Assembly (NCBI GenBank): GCA_965220965.1
Contig: OZ244852.1
Span: 1,024,001 to 1,088,000 of the forward strand
DNA: 64,000 nt
Direction of reading: 5' to 3'
Source of the DNA: Candidatus Marinacidobacterium sp.
GTDB lineage: Bacteria; Acidobacteriota; Vicinamibacteria; Marinacidobacterales; Marinacidobacteraceae
The notes below the pieces were generated by a model. The model was not told the origin of the DNA. It made no database searches and was given only the letters and a program-made list of their open reading frames with translations. Position 1 is the stretch's first letter. Each line of letters begins with the position of its first letter. Below are positions 30,445 through 38,959 of this stretch, in pieces. A program made the position numbers and the translations under genes.

Positions 30445-31082
30445 CGGAACGTGCGGCGCAGTTCGGTGACGACGCCGAGAATGCGGCAGGTCCCGGGAGC
30501 GGGACGGAGGATTTCGAAGTCGGGGTTTTCGGGGCGGAGCTCGAGACCGCCCGGACCCAGGTGGAGGCGTTTCACGGTGGCCTCGTCCTCCACCAGCGCC
30601 ACCACGATCCGGCCCGAAGCGGGTTGGATCTCCCGCTCCACGATGACGGTGTCCCCGGGAAGGATCCCGGCCCCGGTCATGCTCTCGCCGCGGACGCGCA
30701 GAGCGAAGAAGTCGGAGGCGTCGCGCGAATCCGGAACTTCCACCGGGAGAGTCCCGGCGGGGTCTTCCACGGCCTCCTCGAACCCCCCGGCGGCGACCTC
30801 CCCGAGGAGAGGGACCTCCTCGAGGCGACGCCGGAAGGAAAACCGCCCGGAGACCTCATGGGGGAGTCCGTCCGGAAGCCGGTAGCCCCGGGACCTGCCC
30901 GGCTGACGGTCGAGGCGCCCCTCCTCCACCAGCGCGGCGAGGTGCGTCCGCACCGTTTCCACCGCCCGGAAGCCGAAGTGGTCCCGCACTTCGCGAAGCG
31001 AAGGCGAGTCTCCCCGCAGCAGCCGGTCGCGGACAAAACGGAACACCCGTTCCCGGGTCTGTCCTGGAGGAGTTCGGGGCAT
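30441..31082 (-). CDS. lexA: LexA SOS repressor
   Basis: wHTH PSLREVRDHFGF...VRTHLAAL; cleavage site GEVAAG; catalytic VRGESM and ATVKR. Confidence 0.95.
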   Translation of the reverse strand: MPRTPPGQTRERVFRFVRDRLLRGDSPSLREVRDHFGFRAVETVRTHLAALVEEGRLDRQPGRSRGYRLPDGLPHEVSGRFSFRRRLEEVPLLGEVAAGGFEEAVEDPAGTLPVEVPDSRDASDFFALRVRGESMTGAGILPGDTVIVEREIQPASGRIVVALVEDEATVKRLHLGPGGLELRPENPDFEILRPAPGTCRILGVVTELRRTFR

Positions 31083-31089
31083 GCCGGGA

Positions 31090-31115
31090 GCATACCAGAC
31101 ATTTGTCTGGTATGC
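31090..31115. promoter_or_regulatory. Palindromic operator (candidate LexA box) overlapping an extended -10 promoter of lexA
   Basis: GCATACCAGACA-TT-TGTCTGGTATGC; on the minus strand TG-G-TATGCT lies 6 nt before the lexA ATG. Confidence 0.75.
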
Positions 31116-31193
31116 GAATTGACCTGATCACCTGTTACGCGCCGTTGCGCGACAATCCGTCCCGAGCCGCACATCGGGAACGCAGGAACGACG

Positions 31194-32063
31194 ATGCCAG
31201 GAACCCCACGCCCACCGACTCTCCGGGGCCGTCGTTCCCTCCTCGCCTCAGCCGGCTTCGTCTTCGCCGCCCTCGTCGTCTCCTCCTGCGCCGCCACCGG
31301 CCCCGATCCGGCCGTCTTCTGGTCGGACCACGACGACGCGAATCCCGCCTCGATCCGGCATGACCTCTGGCAGGAGATCCTCGACGCGCGTCTCGTGACC
31401 GACGACCCCTCCGGCGTCCACCTCTTCGACTACGGCGGCCTCCAGGCCAGCCCGGGGGACCGAAGCCGGCTCCGGGGCTACCTCTCCCACCTCGAGTCGA
31501 TCGACCCCAGGCGCTACTCGCGCGACGAGCAGATGGCCTACTGGATCAACTTCTACAACGCCCTCACGGTGGAAGTGGTCGTGAGCGAATACCCGGTGGA
31601 CTCGATCCGGAACATCCACCAGGGCATCGTGCCCCTCTCCGGCCCGTGGGGGGATGTGCGCGCCGCGGTCGCCGGGCAGGGCCTGACCCTCGACAACATC
31701 GAGCACGACATCCTGCGCGCGCTCTGGCGGGACCCCCGGATCCACTACGCGGTGAACTGCGCCAGTCTCGGCTGTCCGAACCTGCTCCCCACCGTCTTCC
31801 GCGCCGAAACCCTCGAACCGATGCTGGAAGCGGCGGCCCGGGGTTACATCAATCACCCCCGCGGCGTGGATGTCCGGGGCCCGACCTCCGCCGTCGCCTC
31901 GAGCATCTACGACTGGTTCCAGGAGGACTTCGGAGGGACCGAGGCCGGAGTCCGGGACCACCTGCTTCGCTACGCCGAACCGGACCTCGCGAGCCGCCTC
32001 GCGGCCTTCGAAGGCTCGTTCGACTACGAGTACGACTGGGCGCTGAACGACACGCGCGAATAG
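31194..32063 (+). CDS. DUF547 domain-containing lipoprotein
   Basis: MAYWINFYNALT, LTLDNIEHDILR, DPRIHYAVNCASLGCP, SIYDWFQEDF, YDWALND; VVSSC lipobox. Confidence 0.9.
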   Translation: MPGTPRPPTLRGRRSLLASAGFVFAALVVSSCAATGPDPAVFWSDHDDANPASIRHDLWQEILDARLVTDDPSGVHLFDYGGLQASPGDRSRLRGYLSHLESIDPRRYSRDEQMAYWINFYNALTVEVVVSEYPVDSIRNIHQGIVPLSGPWGDVRAAVAGQGLTLDNIEHDILRALWRDPRIHYAVNCASLGCPNLLPTVFRAETLEPMLEAAARGYINHPRGVDVRGPTSAVASSIYDWFQEDFGGTEAGVRDHLLRYAEPDLASRLAAFEGSFDYEYDWALNDTRE

Positions 32064-32076
32064 CGGCGGAACGCCC

Positions 32077-33264
32077 CTACCAGGCGCCCTCGAACAGCCC
32101 CGCCGCGCCCTGGCCGCCGCCCACGCACATCGTCACGACGCCGAGCTCCGCCCGGCGCCGCTTCATCTCGTTGGCCAGCGCGCCGACGAGCCGCGAACCG
32201 GTCATCCCGAACGGATGGCCGATGCTGATGGCGCCGCCGTTCACGTTCATCCGGTCGTTCGGGATCCCGAGCCGGTCCCGGCAGTAGACGACCTGAACCG
32301 CAAAGGCCTCGTTCAGCTCCCAGAGCGAGATGTCCTCGACCTTCTTTCCGTGGCGCTTCAGGAGCTTCGGAACAGCGAAGACCGGGCCGACGCCCATCTC
32401 GTCGGCCTCGCAGCCCGCCGTGACATACCCCCGGAACAGGAGCCGGTACGGGATCCTCAACTGATCGGCCCGCTCGCGTGACATCACGAGCGTCACCGAG
32501 GCGCCGTCGGAAAGCTGGGAGGCGTTTCCGGCGGTCACCGAGCCCCGGCCCGACTCCCGATCGAAGTGCGGGGGAAGGGCGGCCAGCCCTTCGAGGGTCG
32601 TGTCGGGCCGGTTGCATTCGTCCCCGGCGAGCAGGTGTTCTTCCCGGCCGCCGATCCGTTTCGTCTTCCGGTCGAAGATGCCCCGGGTGACCCGCATCGG
32701 AGCGAGTTCCTCCTCGAAGAACCCGGCGCGCTGCGCCGCGGCGGTGCGCTGCTGGCTCTGGAAGGCGTAGCGATCCTGGGCCTCCCGGCTGACGCCGTAG
32801 CGCCGGGCCACGACCTCGGCGGTCGCGCCCATCACCTGGTAGACCCCGGGATGGCGCTCGAGGAGCGCCGGGTTCGGAGAGTTGTCGCGCTCCATCATGG
32901 TGATGGACTCGACGCCGCCCGCCAGAACCACGTCCTCCCCCTCGACCAGAATCTGATGGGCCGCCATGGCGATCGCCTGGAGGCCCGAGGCGCAGTGCCG
33001 GTTGACCGTGGTCCCTCCCACCGAAGCGGGAAGGCCGGCGAGCAGCGCGGCGACCCGGCCCACGTTGTGGCCGGACGGTCCGTGGGGCTGGCCGCAGCCC
33101 AGGATCACGTCCCCGACTTCGGCCGGGTCGACCTCCGGGCGCCGCTCGAGCAGCGCCCGGATGCAGTGGGCCGCCTGATCATCGGGGCGGGTGAGATTCA
33201 GCGAGCCGCGAAACGACTTCGCCAGCGGCGTCCGCGCCGAATCCACGATGACCGCTTCGCGCAC
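32077..33264 (-). CDS. Acetyl-CoA C-acyltransferase (thiolase)
   Basis: NRHCASG, ELNEAF, NVNGGAISIGHPFG, TMCVGGGQG; SD GGAGGAG. Confidence 0.95.
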   Translation of the reverse strand: MREAVIVDSARTPLAKSFRGSLNLTRPDDQAAHCIRALLERRPEVDPAEVGDVILGCGQPHGPSGHNVGRVAALLAGLPASVGGTTVNRHCASGLQAIAMAAHQILVEGEDVVLAGGVESITMMERDNSPNPALLERHPGVYQVMGATAEVVARRYGVSREAQDRYAFQSQQRTAAAQRAGFFEEELAPMRVTRGIFDRKTKRIGGREEHLLAGDECNRPDTTLEGLAALPPHFDRESGRGSVTAGNASQLSDGASVTLVMSRERADQLRIPYRLLFRGYVTAGCEADEMGVGPVFAVPKLLKRHGKKVEDISLWELNEAFAVQVVYCRDRLGIPNDRMNVNGGAISIGHPFGMTGSRLVGALANEMKRRRAELGVVTMCVGGGQGAAGLFEGAW

Positions 33265-33327
33265 GTCGTGGTCTCTCCTCCCGGAACGCGGGGAAGCCTC
33301 GCGGGGACGGTCCGGTCGCCCGATTCC

Positions 33328-34116
33328 CTAGAACGGGATCACGTCGTCTTCGTCCGCGTTGGTGTCCACGCCGCTCGCGCTGTCGTCCCAGTTCTTCCGG
33401 GACTCGAGACGGTCGCGCATGGCGTCCCGCTCCGGCCGGGCGCCGCGATCCCCGGGTTTCCGGCCGCCGCTGCCGGAAACGGTGCGCGGACGCAGTTCGA
33501 GGGTGCGCCGCTCGCGGCCGTCCTGGCCTTGCCACTTCCGGGTGGTCAGCATCCCCTCGGCGAAGACCCGCTCCCCCTTGGAGAGCGCGGTGTGGAGACG
33601 CCGGGCCTGATCCCCGAAGGCCGAGACCTGGAGCCACTCGGTGTGCTCCTGGGAGGCTCCCGTCCGGGAGGTCCACCCCTCGCTCATCGCCATCCGGAAG
33701 TTCAGCACGGTGAAGTTGGGAAACTCCCGCAGTTCCGGGTCGGCGCCCAGGTTCCCGACGAAGACGCCCCGGTTCACCTGGGGGTCCGGGTCCTCGGCTT
33801 CCCGCACGATGTCGGCGACGACGGTGGTCATGTAGTTCTTCTCCCCGTCGCGCTCCCAGCTCCGGGTGCGGAGCTTGCCCTCGACGTACACCGGATGATC
33901 GGGGGCGAGGCGCTCGGCGATCTCGCCGAACTTGTCCCCCCAGACATCCACCCGGTGCCAGGCCGGCCGCTCGCGCAGCGCTCCTTCATCGTCGCTCTCC
34001 ATGGTCACGGTCTTGACGGTGAGGTTCACGAGCTTGCGCGTCCCGTCGCCGACCATCCTCGACTGCGGGGCGTCCGAAACCACGCCTCGCAGAATGACCT
34101 TGTTCACATCCCGCAT
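33328..34116 (-). CDS. ssb: Single-stranded DNA-binding protein with two tandem OB folds
   Basis: OB1 VNKVILRG...WHRVDVWG...VYVEGKLRTRSW; OB2 VNRGVFVGNLGADPELR...EWLQVSAFG...VFAEGMLTTRKW; acidic tail DEDDVIPF; SD AGGAG. Confidence 0.92.
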   Translation of the reverse strand: MRDVNKVILRGVVSDAPQSRMVGDGTRKLVNLTVKTVTMESDDEGALRERPAWHRVDVWGDKFGEIAERLAPDHPVYVEGKLRTRSWERDGEKNYMTTVVADIVREAEDPDPQVNRGVFVGNLGADPELREFPNFTVLNFRMAMSEGWTSRTGASQEHTEWLQVSAFGDQARRLHTALSKGERVFAEGMLTTRKWQGQDGRERRTLELRPRTVSGSGGRKPGDRGARPERDAMRDRLESRKNWDDSASGVDTNADEDDVIPF

Positions 34117-34153
34117 CTCAGGGACTCCTTCCGGTCAGACATCGACCGGATCG

Positions 34154-35047
34154 TTAGGCGCCGGGTTCCGGGGGCCCCATGGCGTCCAGCTCCCGCTGGG
34201 CGGCCAACGCGGCCGGGGTCCCGGCATACACATCCACAATGTCCTCAAAGATCTCTCTGGCGTCGGACTCGTGCCCGAGCCGACGCAGGATGACGCCCCG
34301 CTTGACCCACGCATCACCGATGCGCTGGCTGTCGGGGAAATCCCGGATGACCATCTCGAACTGGTCGAGCGCGGGCTCCAGCTCATCCCGCGCCAGCAGC
34401 GCGTCCCCCAGGAAATAGCGCGCGTCGTCCGCGACCTCGCTCTCGCGCTCGACGACCTGCTGGAAGCCCTGGATCGCCAGCTCGTAGCGGCCCTGCAGGT
34501 AATCCGCCTGGGCCTGCATGTAGATCTCCACGATGGAGGGGCCGTCCAGGACTTCCACGCCGCCCGAATCCGCCTCGTCTCCGCCTTCGGGGTCGGGGCC
34601 CTCATCGGGCGCCGCGTCCTCCGCGCCTTCCCCGGCGTCCGCGGCCGTCGCGTCCTCACCCTCGTCTTCCGCCGGAGCGGAGGCGAACGCGGCCGCCCGC
34701 TGGGCCTCCCGCACCGACGCCACCTCGGCCGTCAGGCCGGAAAGCCGCTCGTTCATCTCGACGAGCGCGGCGCCCAGCGCGGCGACGTCCCGCTCCATCC
34801 GCACGACCGAGTCCTGGGTGTCGGCCCGGCTCCGCCGGTCCGCGGCGGACTCCGACTCGCGGGCGTCGAGGAAAGTCTCGAGCGCCGAGGTGAGCGTCGC
34901 CTGCGCCTCCGTCAGCGTGGCGAGCTGCGCCTGGATCTGGCGGATTTCCGCGAGCAGCCGGTCCTGGTTCCGCTGGGCGCCTTCGCTCCCCGCTCCCGGA
35001 AGGAGCGCGAAACCGGCCAGCGCCAGCGCCGCGCGACGGAGTCTCAT
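34154..35047 (-). CDS. cpoB: Tol-Pal associated CpoB/YbgF-like coiled-coil + TPR protein
   Basis: Signal peptide, coiled coil, TPR (YMQAQADYLQGRYELAIQGF, ADDARYFLG, FPDSQRIGDA); ATGA overlap with pal. Confidence 0.85.
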   Translation of the reverse strand: MRLRRAALALAGFALLPGAGSEGAQRNQDRLLAEIRQIQAQLATLTEAQATLTSALETFLDARESESAADRRSRADTQDSVVRMERDVAALGAALVEMNERLSGLTAEVASVREAQRAAAFASAPAEDEGEDATAADAGEGAEDAAPDEGPDPEGGDEADSGGVEVLDGPSIVEIYMQAQADYLQGRYELAIQGFQQVVERESEVADDARYFLGDALLARDELEPALDQFEMVIRDFPDSQRIGDAWVKRGVILRRLGHESDAREIFEDIVDVYAGTPAALAAQRELDAMGPPEPGA

Positions 35048-35760
35048 TTCGCGATGATCTCCAGGTGAGCCCGGCGGTTCCGGCGCCACGCCTCCTCGTT
35101 GGACCGGATATCCAGCGGGAACTCCTTGCCGTAGCTGATGATCCGCATGCGGCTCTCCTCGATGCCGAGCCCCCGCAGGTAGTCCCGCGTCGAGCGCGCC
35201 CGTTCCTCTCCGAGAGCCAGGTTGTATTCGACCGTCCCGCGCTCGTCGCAGTGGCCCTCGATGAGAACGCGCACGTCGGGATACCGCGACAGCCATGCGG
35301 CGTTCTCCTGAAGGATCCCGCGCGCCTCCTCGCTGAGGTTGGCGCTGTCGTACCCGAACTGGATATCGCGCAGCACGCCGCTGGCGTTCAGTTCGTCCAG
35401 CGTGACGCCTCCGAGACCGATCACGTCCACCCCGACCTCGTCCTCCGGCGGCAGGGCCCGGATCTCGGCGTCGGTGAGGCCTCCGGCAGCGGACGCGACC
35501 GGCTCGGGCGCCGGCTCGGTCGTCTCCGGCGCCTCCGGCTCGACCAGCGACTCGGCCGGCGCGGCCGCGGTCGCGGGGGTCCGGTCGACGGAGGAACACC
35601 CGGCGAGGAGCATCGGCAGCAGCGCCGCCGCGGCCACCGCGCCCCGGGACGGGCGAAGCGCGCTCTCCGACGCCCGGCCAGCGGGCCTCAACATGTCATG
35701 AGTCGTCATAAGCCGTGAGAGGAACGAAGCGCGGCGGCTGCGGCGGGCCGGGCCCGACAT
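35044..35760 (-). CDS. pal: Peptidoglycan-associated lipoprotein Pal
   Basis: LLAGC lipobox, IQFGYDS, IEGHCDERGTVEYNLALGEERA, ISYGKEFP, NRRA; real start may be an internal ATG. Confidence 0.93.
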   Translation of the reverse strand: MSGPARRSRRASFLSRLMTTHDMLRPAGRASESALRPSRGAVAAAALLPMLLAGCSSVDRTPATAAAPAESLVEPEAPETTEPAPEPVASAAGGLTDAEIRALPPEDEVGVDVIGLGGVTLDELNASGVLRDIQFGYDSANLSEEARGILQENAAWLSRYPDVRVLIEGHCDERGTVEYNLALGEERARSTRDYLRGLGIEESRMRIISYGKEFPLDIRSNEEAWRRNRRAHLEIIAK

Positions 35761-37340
35761 CAGCGGTCGCCTCCGGAACCGGTCATGGTCTGCGGCGCGG
35801 GGGGGTTTCCCCATCGGGGAGTGGAGTTGCGTCCCTCGCGGGTCAGTTGCCGCAGGTTCGATCCGTCCCGATGCATCGCGAACACCTGGTCGCCCCCGGT
35901 GCGGTTTGAAGTGAACACCAGATGGAGGCCGTTCGGCGCCCAGGAGGGGCTCTCGTTGCTGCCCCGGCCGGTGGTGAGCTGGCGGGTCTGCCGGGTCTCG
36001 AAGTCGTGGACGACGATGTCGAAGGGGCGCCGCTCGATCCGCGAGGCGTAGGCGATCTCGCTGTTCTGCCGCGAGGGCGACCACGCCGGGGAGTCGTTCC
36101 ACGCGCCTTCGAACGAGACCCGGCGCAGGTTCAGACCGTCCCGGTCCATCACGTAGATCTGCGGAGCTCCGGTCCGGTCCGACGTGAACGCGATGAGCCG
36201 GCCGTTCGGAGACCAGGTGGGCGCCACGTCGATGGCGGGGTTGCTCGTGAGCCGGCGCAGCTCTCCGCCGTCCACCGACGAGAGGTAGATCTCGGACTGC
36301 CCGTCGCGGTTCGAGGTGAACGCGATCCACCGGCCGTCCGGCGACCAGGCCGGGGTGAACGACTGGAAGTCCCCGATGAGCTTCTGTCCCCGGCCCTGGT
36401 AGAGGAAGGCCAGAAAGAGCGCGGGCGCGCCATCGCGGTAGGAGATGTAGGTCAGCGCCCGGCCGTCAGGAGACCAGCTCGGCGTGAGGTTCAGCGAACC
36501 GTTGGCGGTCACCGGGCGCTGGGCGTGACCGTCGTAGTCCATCAGGTAGATCTCCTTGCCGGGAGTCCGCCCGCGCCGCCCTTCGCGGCTCGAGGAGAAC
36601 GCGATCCGGGTGCGCGCCACGCCGCGGTAGTTCCCCGCCTGGAGCAGGATGTCGTCGGCGATGCGGTGCGCCAGGCTGCGCCGGGCGTCGGCGTCCACCG
36701 TGTAGCGCCGGGCGAAGACGTTCTCCTGCGCCCGCACCGCATGGAGGCGCACCTCCACGACCAGCCGCTCGCCGTCCCGGCGGACCGATCCGTCGACGAG
36801 GATGTCGGCGCCAACGGACTCCCACTGGTAGTAGTCGAGCACGCCCTCCCCCGAGCCCTCCCTGGCGATCCGGTAGAACCTCCGGGGGAGCATCCGGTAG
36901 ACCCCGGCGTAGGCGATGTCGTCCCAGAGCACGTTGCTGATCTCGGCGGCTTCGGCCTCCGGAAGAGCGCCCGCGAGGTCGTCCGGCGAGCCCTCGGGGC
37001 GTTCCCCGGCGGCGCCGGCGTCCGCGCCGCCCGGGCCCGCCTCCCCGGCGGCGCCGTTCCCGGCCTCCGCCGGCTCGACGAGGAACTCGGGGATCGCGAT
37101 GCGCACCGGCGCTCCGGGGCGGGTGATGTCGAGGTACCAGTCTCCGGTCGCCCCGGTTTGCCCGGCGGCCTCCGCGCCGGACTCGGGGAGCGGCGCGAGG
37201 GGCAAGGGGCCCAGCGTCCCGGCCAGCCCGACCGCCAGCCCGCTGCCGGCGAGCGAGAGCGCGAGCCGCGCGCCGAGGAGGCGGGCGATTCCGCCGCGCC
37301 GCCGTGGGGGCCCCGCCGCGCGGGCTTCGCGAGACTTCAT
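35760..37340 (-). CDS. tolB: Tol-Pal beta-propeller protein TolB
   Basis: RIAIPEF, AHRIADDI, TRIAF, EIYLMDYDG, repeated P.WSPDG (PD40) motifs. Confidence 0.93.
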   Translation of the reverse strand: MKSREARAAGPPRRRGGIARLLGARLALSLAGSGLAVGLAGTLGPLPLAPLPESGAEAAGQTGATGDWYLDITRPGAPVRIAIPEFLVEPAEAGNGAAGEAGPGGADAGAAGERPEGSPDDLAGALPEAEAAEISNVLWDDIAYAGVYRMLPRRFYRIAREGSGEGVLDYYQWESVGADILVDGSVRRDGERLVVEVRLHAVRAQENVFARRYTVDADARRSLAHRIADDILLQAGNYRGVARTRIAFSSSREGRRGRTPGKEIYLMDYDGHAQRPVTANGSLNLTPSWSPDGRALTYISYRDGAPALFLAFLYQGRGQKLIGDFQSFTPAWSPDGRWIAFTSNRDGQSEIYLSSVDGGELRRLTSNPAIDVAPTWSPNGRLIAFTSDRTGAPQIYVMDRDGLNLRRVSFEGAWNDSPAWSPSRQNSEIAYASRIERRPFDIVVHDFETRQTRQLTTGRGSNESPSWAPNGLHLVFTSNRTGGDQVFAMHRDGSNLRQLTREGRNSTPRWGNPPAPQTMTGSGGDR

Positions 37341-38263
37341 GACGCGGTCGCCGAGCCGCCAACGCCCTCGGCGTCGTCCGGGCCTCCGGTGGCCTGGCCG
37401 CTGTAGGTGAACAGCAGGTGGACCCCGACGCGGTCGCGCGGATAGCTCTCCGGAAGGGGAGGCAGGGGGGCCGCCAGTTGAACCGCCCGCAGCGCGGCCC
37501 GGTCGAGGAGCGACTGGCCGCTCGAGGTCTCCACCTCGGCGTCCAGCACCTCGCCCTGGGCGAGGATCGTGAAGCGGATCACCACCTTCGCCTCCCCGCG
37601 CACCGGAATCTGCTGCCAGTTCGCCTGGATCCGGGCGATCATCTGGCGCTGGTAGTAGGCGTACTCGAAGTCCTGGTCGAAGCCTCCGCCGGCGACGCCG
37701 CCCAGCCCGATGCCCCCGGCGCCCCGGTTTGCGGCCTGCGGCGCCGGGGCGGCGGCGGGACGGGTCGGCCTCGATGTGGTGTCGATGGGTCGCCGGGACT
37801 CCAGGCGGGCGGAGTCGGCCCAGGCCGCGTCCCGGCCGCGCAGACCGGAGTCGGGACGCTGCGGCCTCTCCCGCCGGCGCTCGCGCGCGTCGGGTTCCGG
37901 CATCCGGTCGCGATTCTCGGTCGTGGGACGAACGACTTCGGGGCGGGATTCCACCGGAGGAGGCGCAACCGGCTCCGGCTCGGGGGGAGGCGGCGCGGGT
38001 TCCGGTTCGGGTTCGGGCTCCGGTTCCGGCTCGGGTTCGGGCTCCGGTTCCGGCTCGGGCGGGGCGGGGGACGCGGGGGCCCCGAGGCCCGGCGTGGGCG
38101 CGGGTCCCGACATACCGAGCTCGATGAAGGCCGCGGAGGGCGCCGGGAGCCCGGCGCCGCCGAAGTTCATGCCGACCAGCGCCACCGACAGGGCGCCGAT
38201 GTGGATGGTCGCCGACCAGAACACGGTGCGCCCGAAGGACGCGGGGGTCGGGGAAGGGCGCAT
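37337..38263 (-). CDS. TolA/TonB-like energy transducer (Pro-Glu linker, TonB C-terminal domain)
   Basis: TM with SxxxH (SATIH), (PE)n linker, IRFTI..GEV...SSG...LDRAALRAV..AAPLPPLP; tolA position in the operon. Confidence 0.82.
   Translation of the reverse strand: MRPSPTPASFGRTVFWSATIHIGALSVALVGMNFGGAGLPAPSAAFIELGMSGPAPTPGLGAPASPAPPEPEPEPEPEPEPEPEPEPEPAPPPPEPEPVAPPPVESRPEVVRPTTENRDRMPEPDARERRRERPQRPDSGLRGRDAAWADSARLESRRPIDTTSRPTRPAAAPAPQAANRGAGGIGLGGVAGGGFDQDFEYAYYQRQMIARIQANWQQIPVRGEAKVVIRFTILAQGEVLDAEVETSSGQSLLDRAALRAVQLAAPLPPLPESYPRDRVGVHLLFTYSGQATGGPDDAEGVGGSATAS
37996..38059 (-). repeat. Intragenic (Pro-Glu)n low-complexity repeat
   Basis: About ten PE dipeptides encoded by alternating ccc/ccg-gag/gaa codons. 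Confidence 0.8.
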
Positions 38264-38279
38264 CGGACCAGGTTCCGCG

Positions 38280-38771
38280 CTACCTGCTCCCCTGCTCCCC
38301 GGGGTACGCATAAACCAGCCCCACGCGATCGAATCCCGCTCGCTTCATCGAATCGATCACCTCGATGACGCGACCGTATTCTAGCGAGGCGTCCCCCTGC
38401 AGATATCCCTCGCGGGCGCCCTCGAACGCCACCAGTTCCCTCAGCCGCTCCTCGAGCAGGAGGGGGTTCACCGCCCGGTCCCGGACGAACGTCCGGCCCT
38501 CAGCGTCCACGGTGACGATCACCCGTTCCGTCGCTTCCGAAGAGCGCGTCCGGGCGGTGGGGAGGTTCACATCGAGCGACCTCACCAGGAGCGGCGCGGT
38601 CACCATGAAGATGATCAGGAGAACGAGCACCACATCCACGAACGGGGTGACGTTGATCTCGGAGAGCGCGCTCCCGCCGCCCGCTTCGCGCCGGGCCGCC
38701 AGCCGGTCCAGCGCCGATCCCCCGACGCCGCGGCTCCCGCCGCCGCCTCCACCGCCGATCGATGCTCCCAC
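38280..38771 (-). CDS. tolR: TolR/ExbD family protein
   Basis: SEINVTPFVDVVLVLLIIFMVTAPL, VNLP, GD..L.YG.VIEVID...AGF..VGL. Confidence 0.92.
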   Translation of the reverse strand: MGASIGGGGGGGSRGVGGSALDRLAARREAGGGSALSEINVTPFVDVVLVLLIIFMVTAPLLVRSLDVNLPTARTRSSEATERVIVTVDAEGRTFVRDRAVNPLLLEERLRELVAFEGAREGYLQGDASLEYGRVIEVIDSMKRAGFDRVGLVYAYPGEQGSR

Positions 38772-38775
38772 GTTC

Positions 38776-38959
38776 AGCAGCCTGTTGACGAAGTCACGCG
38801 GCGTTCGAGCGGCGATGCATCCCGCCCGAACCGCACCCCTACGGGGCGCTCATCGTTGCGTGTCACTCGGAATATTGCCGATATTCCTCGCTCACGCGCC
38901 TTGTCGGCCGGGCGCCTCACCGCTCTCGGCGCTGCACGGGACTTCATCAAAAGGCCGCT
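38776..38959 (-). mobile_element. 184-bp non-coding structured repeat (MITE-like), copy 1, between tolQ and tolR
   Basis: Imperfect terminal inverted repeats AGCGGCCTTTTGATGAAGTC ... GACTTCGTCAACAGGCTGCT (minus strand); about 60 bp core identical to copy 2 at 57238-57298. Confidence 0.85.

Noticed and set aside
34130-34150. Hairpin TCCGGTC-AGACATC-GACCGGA upstream of ssb containing CAGACAT, one half of the lexA palindrome
   Set aside because: The second half-site (GTCT) is absent, so SOS control of ssb is unsupported; at most a small mRNA hairpin beside the SD
37996-38059. Tandem repeats here and at 10042-10113 considered as CRISPR or contingency loci
   Set aside because: No spacers; in-frame Pro/Glu linkers typical of TonB/TolA-like proteins
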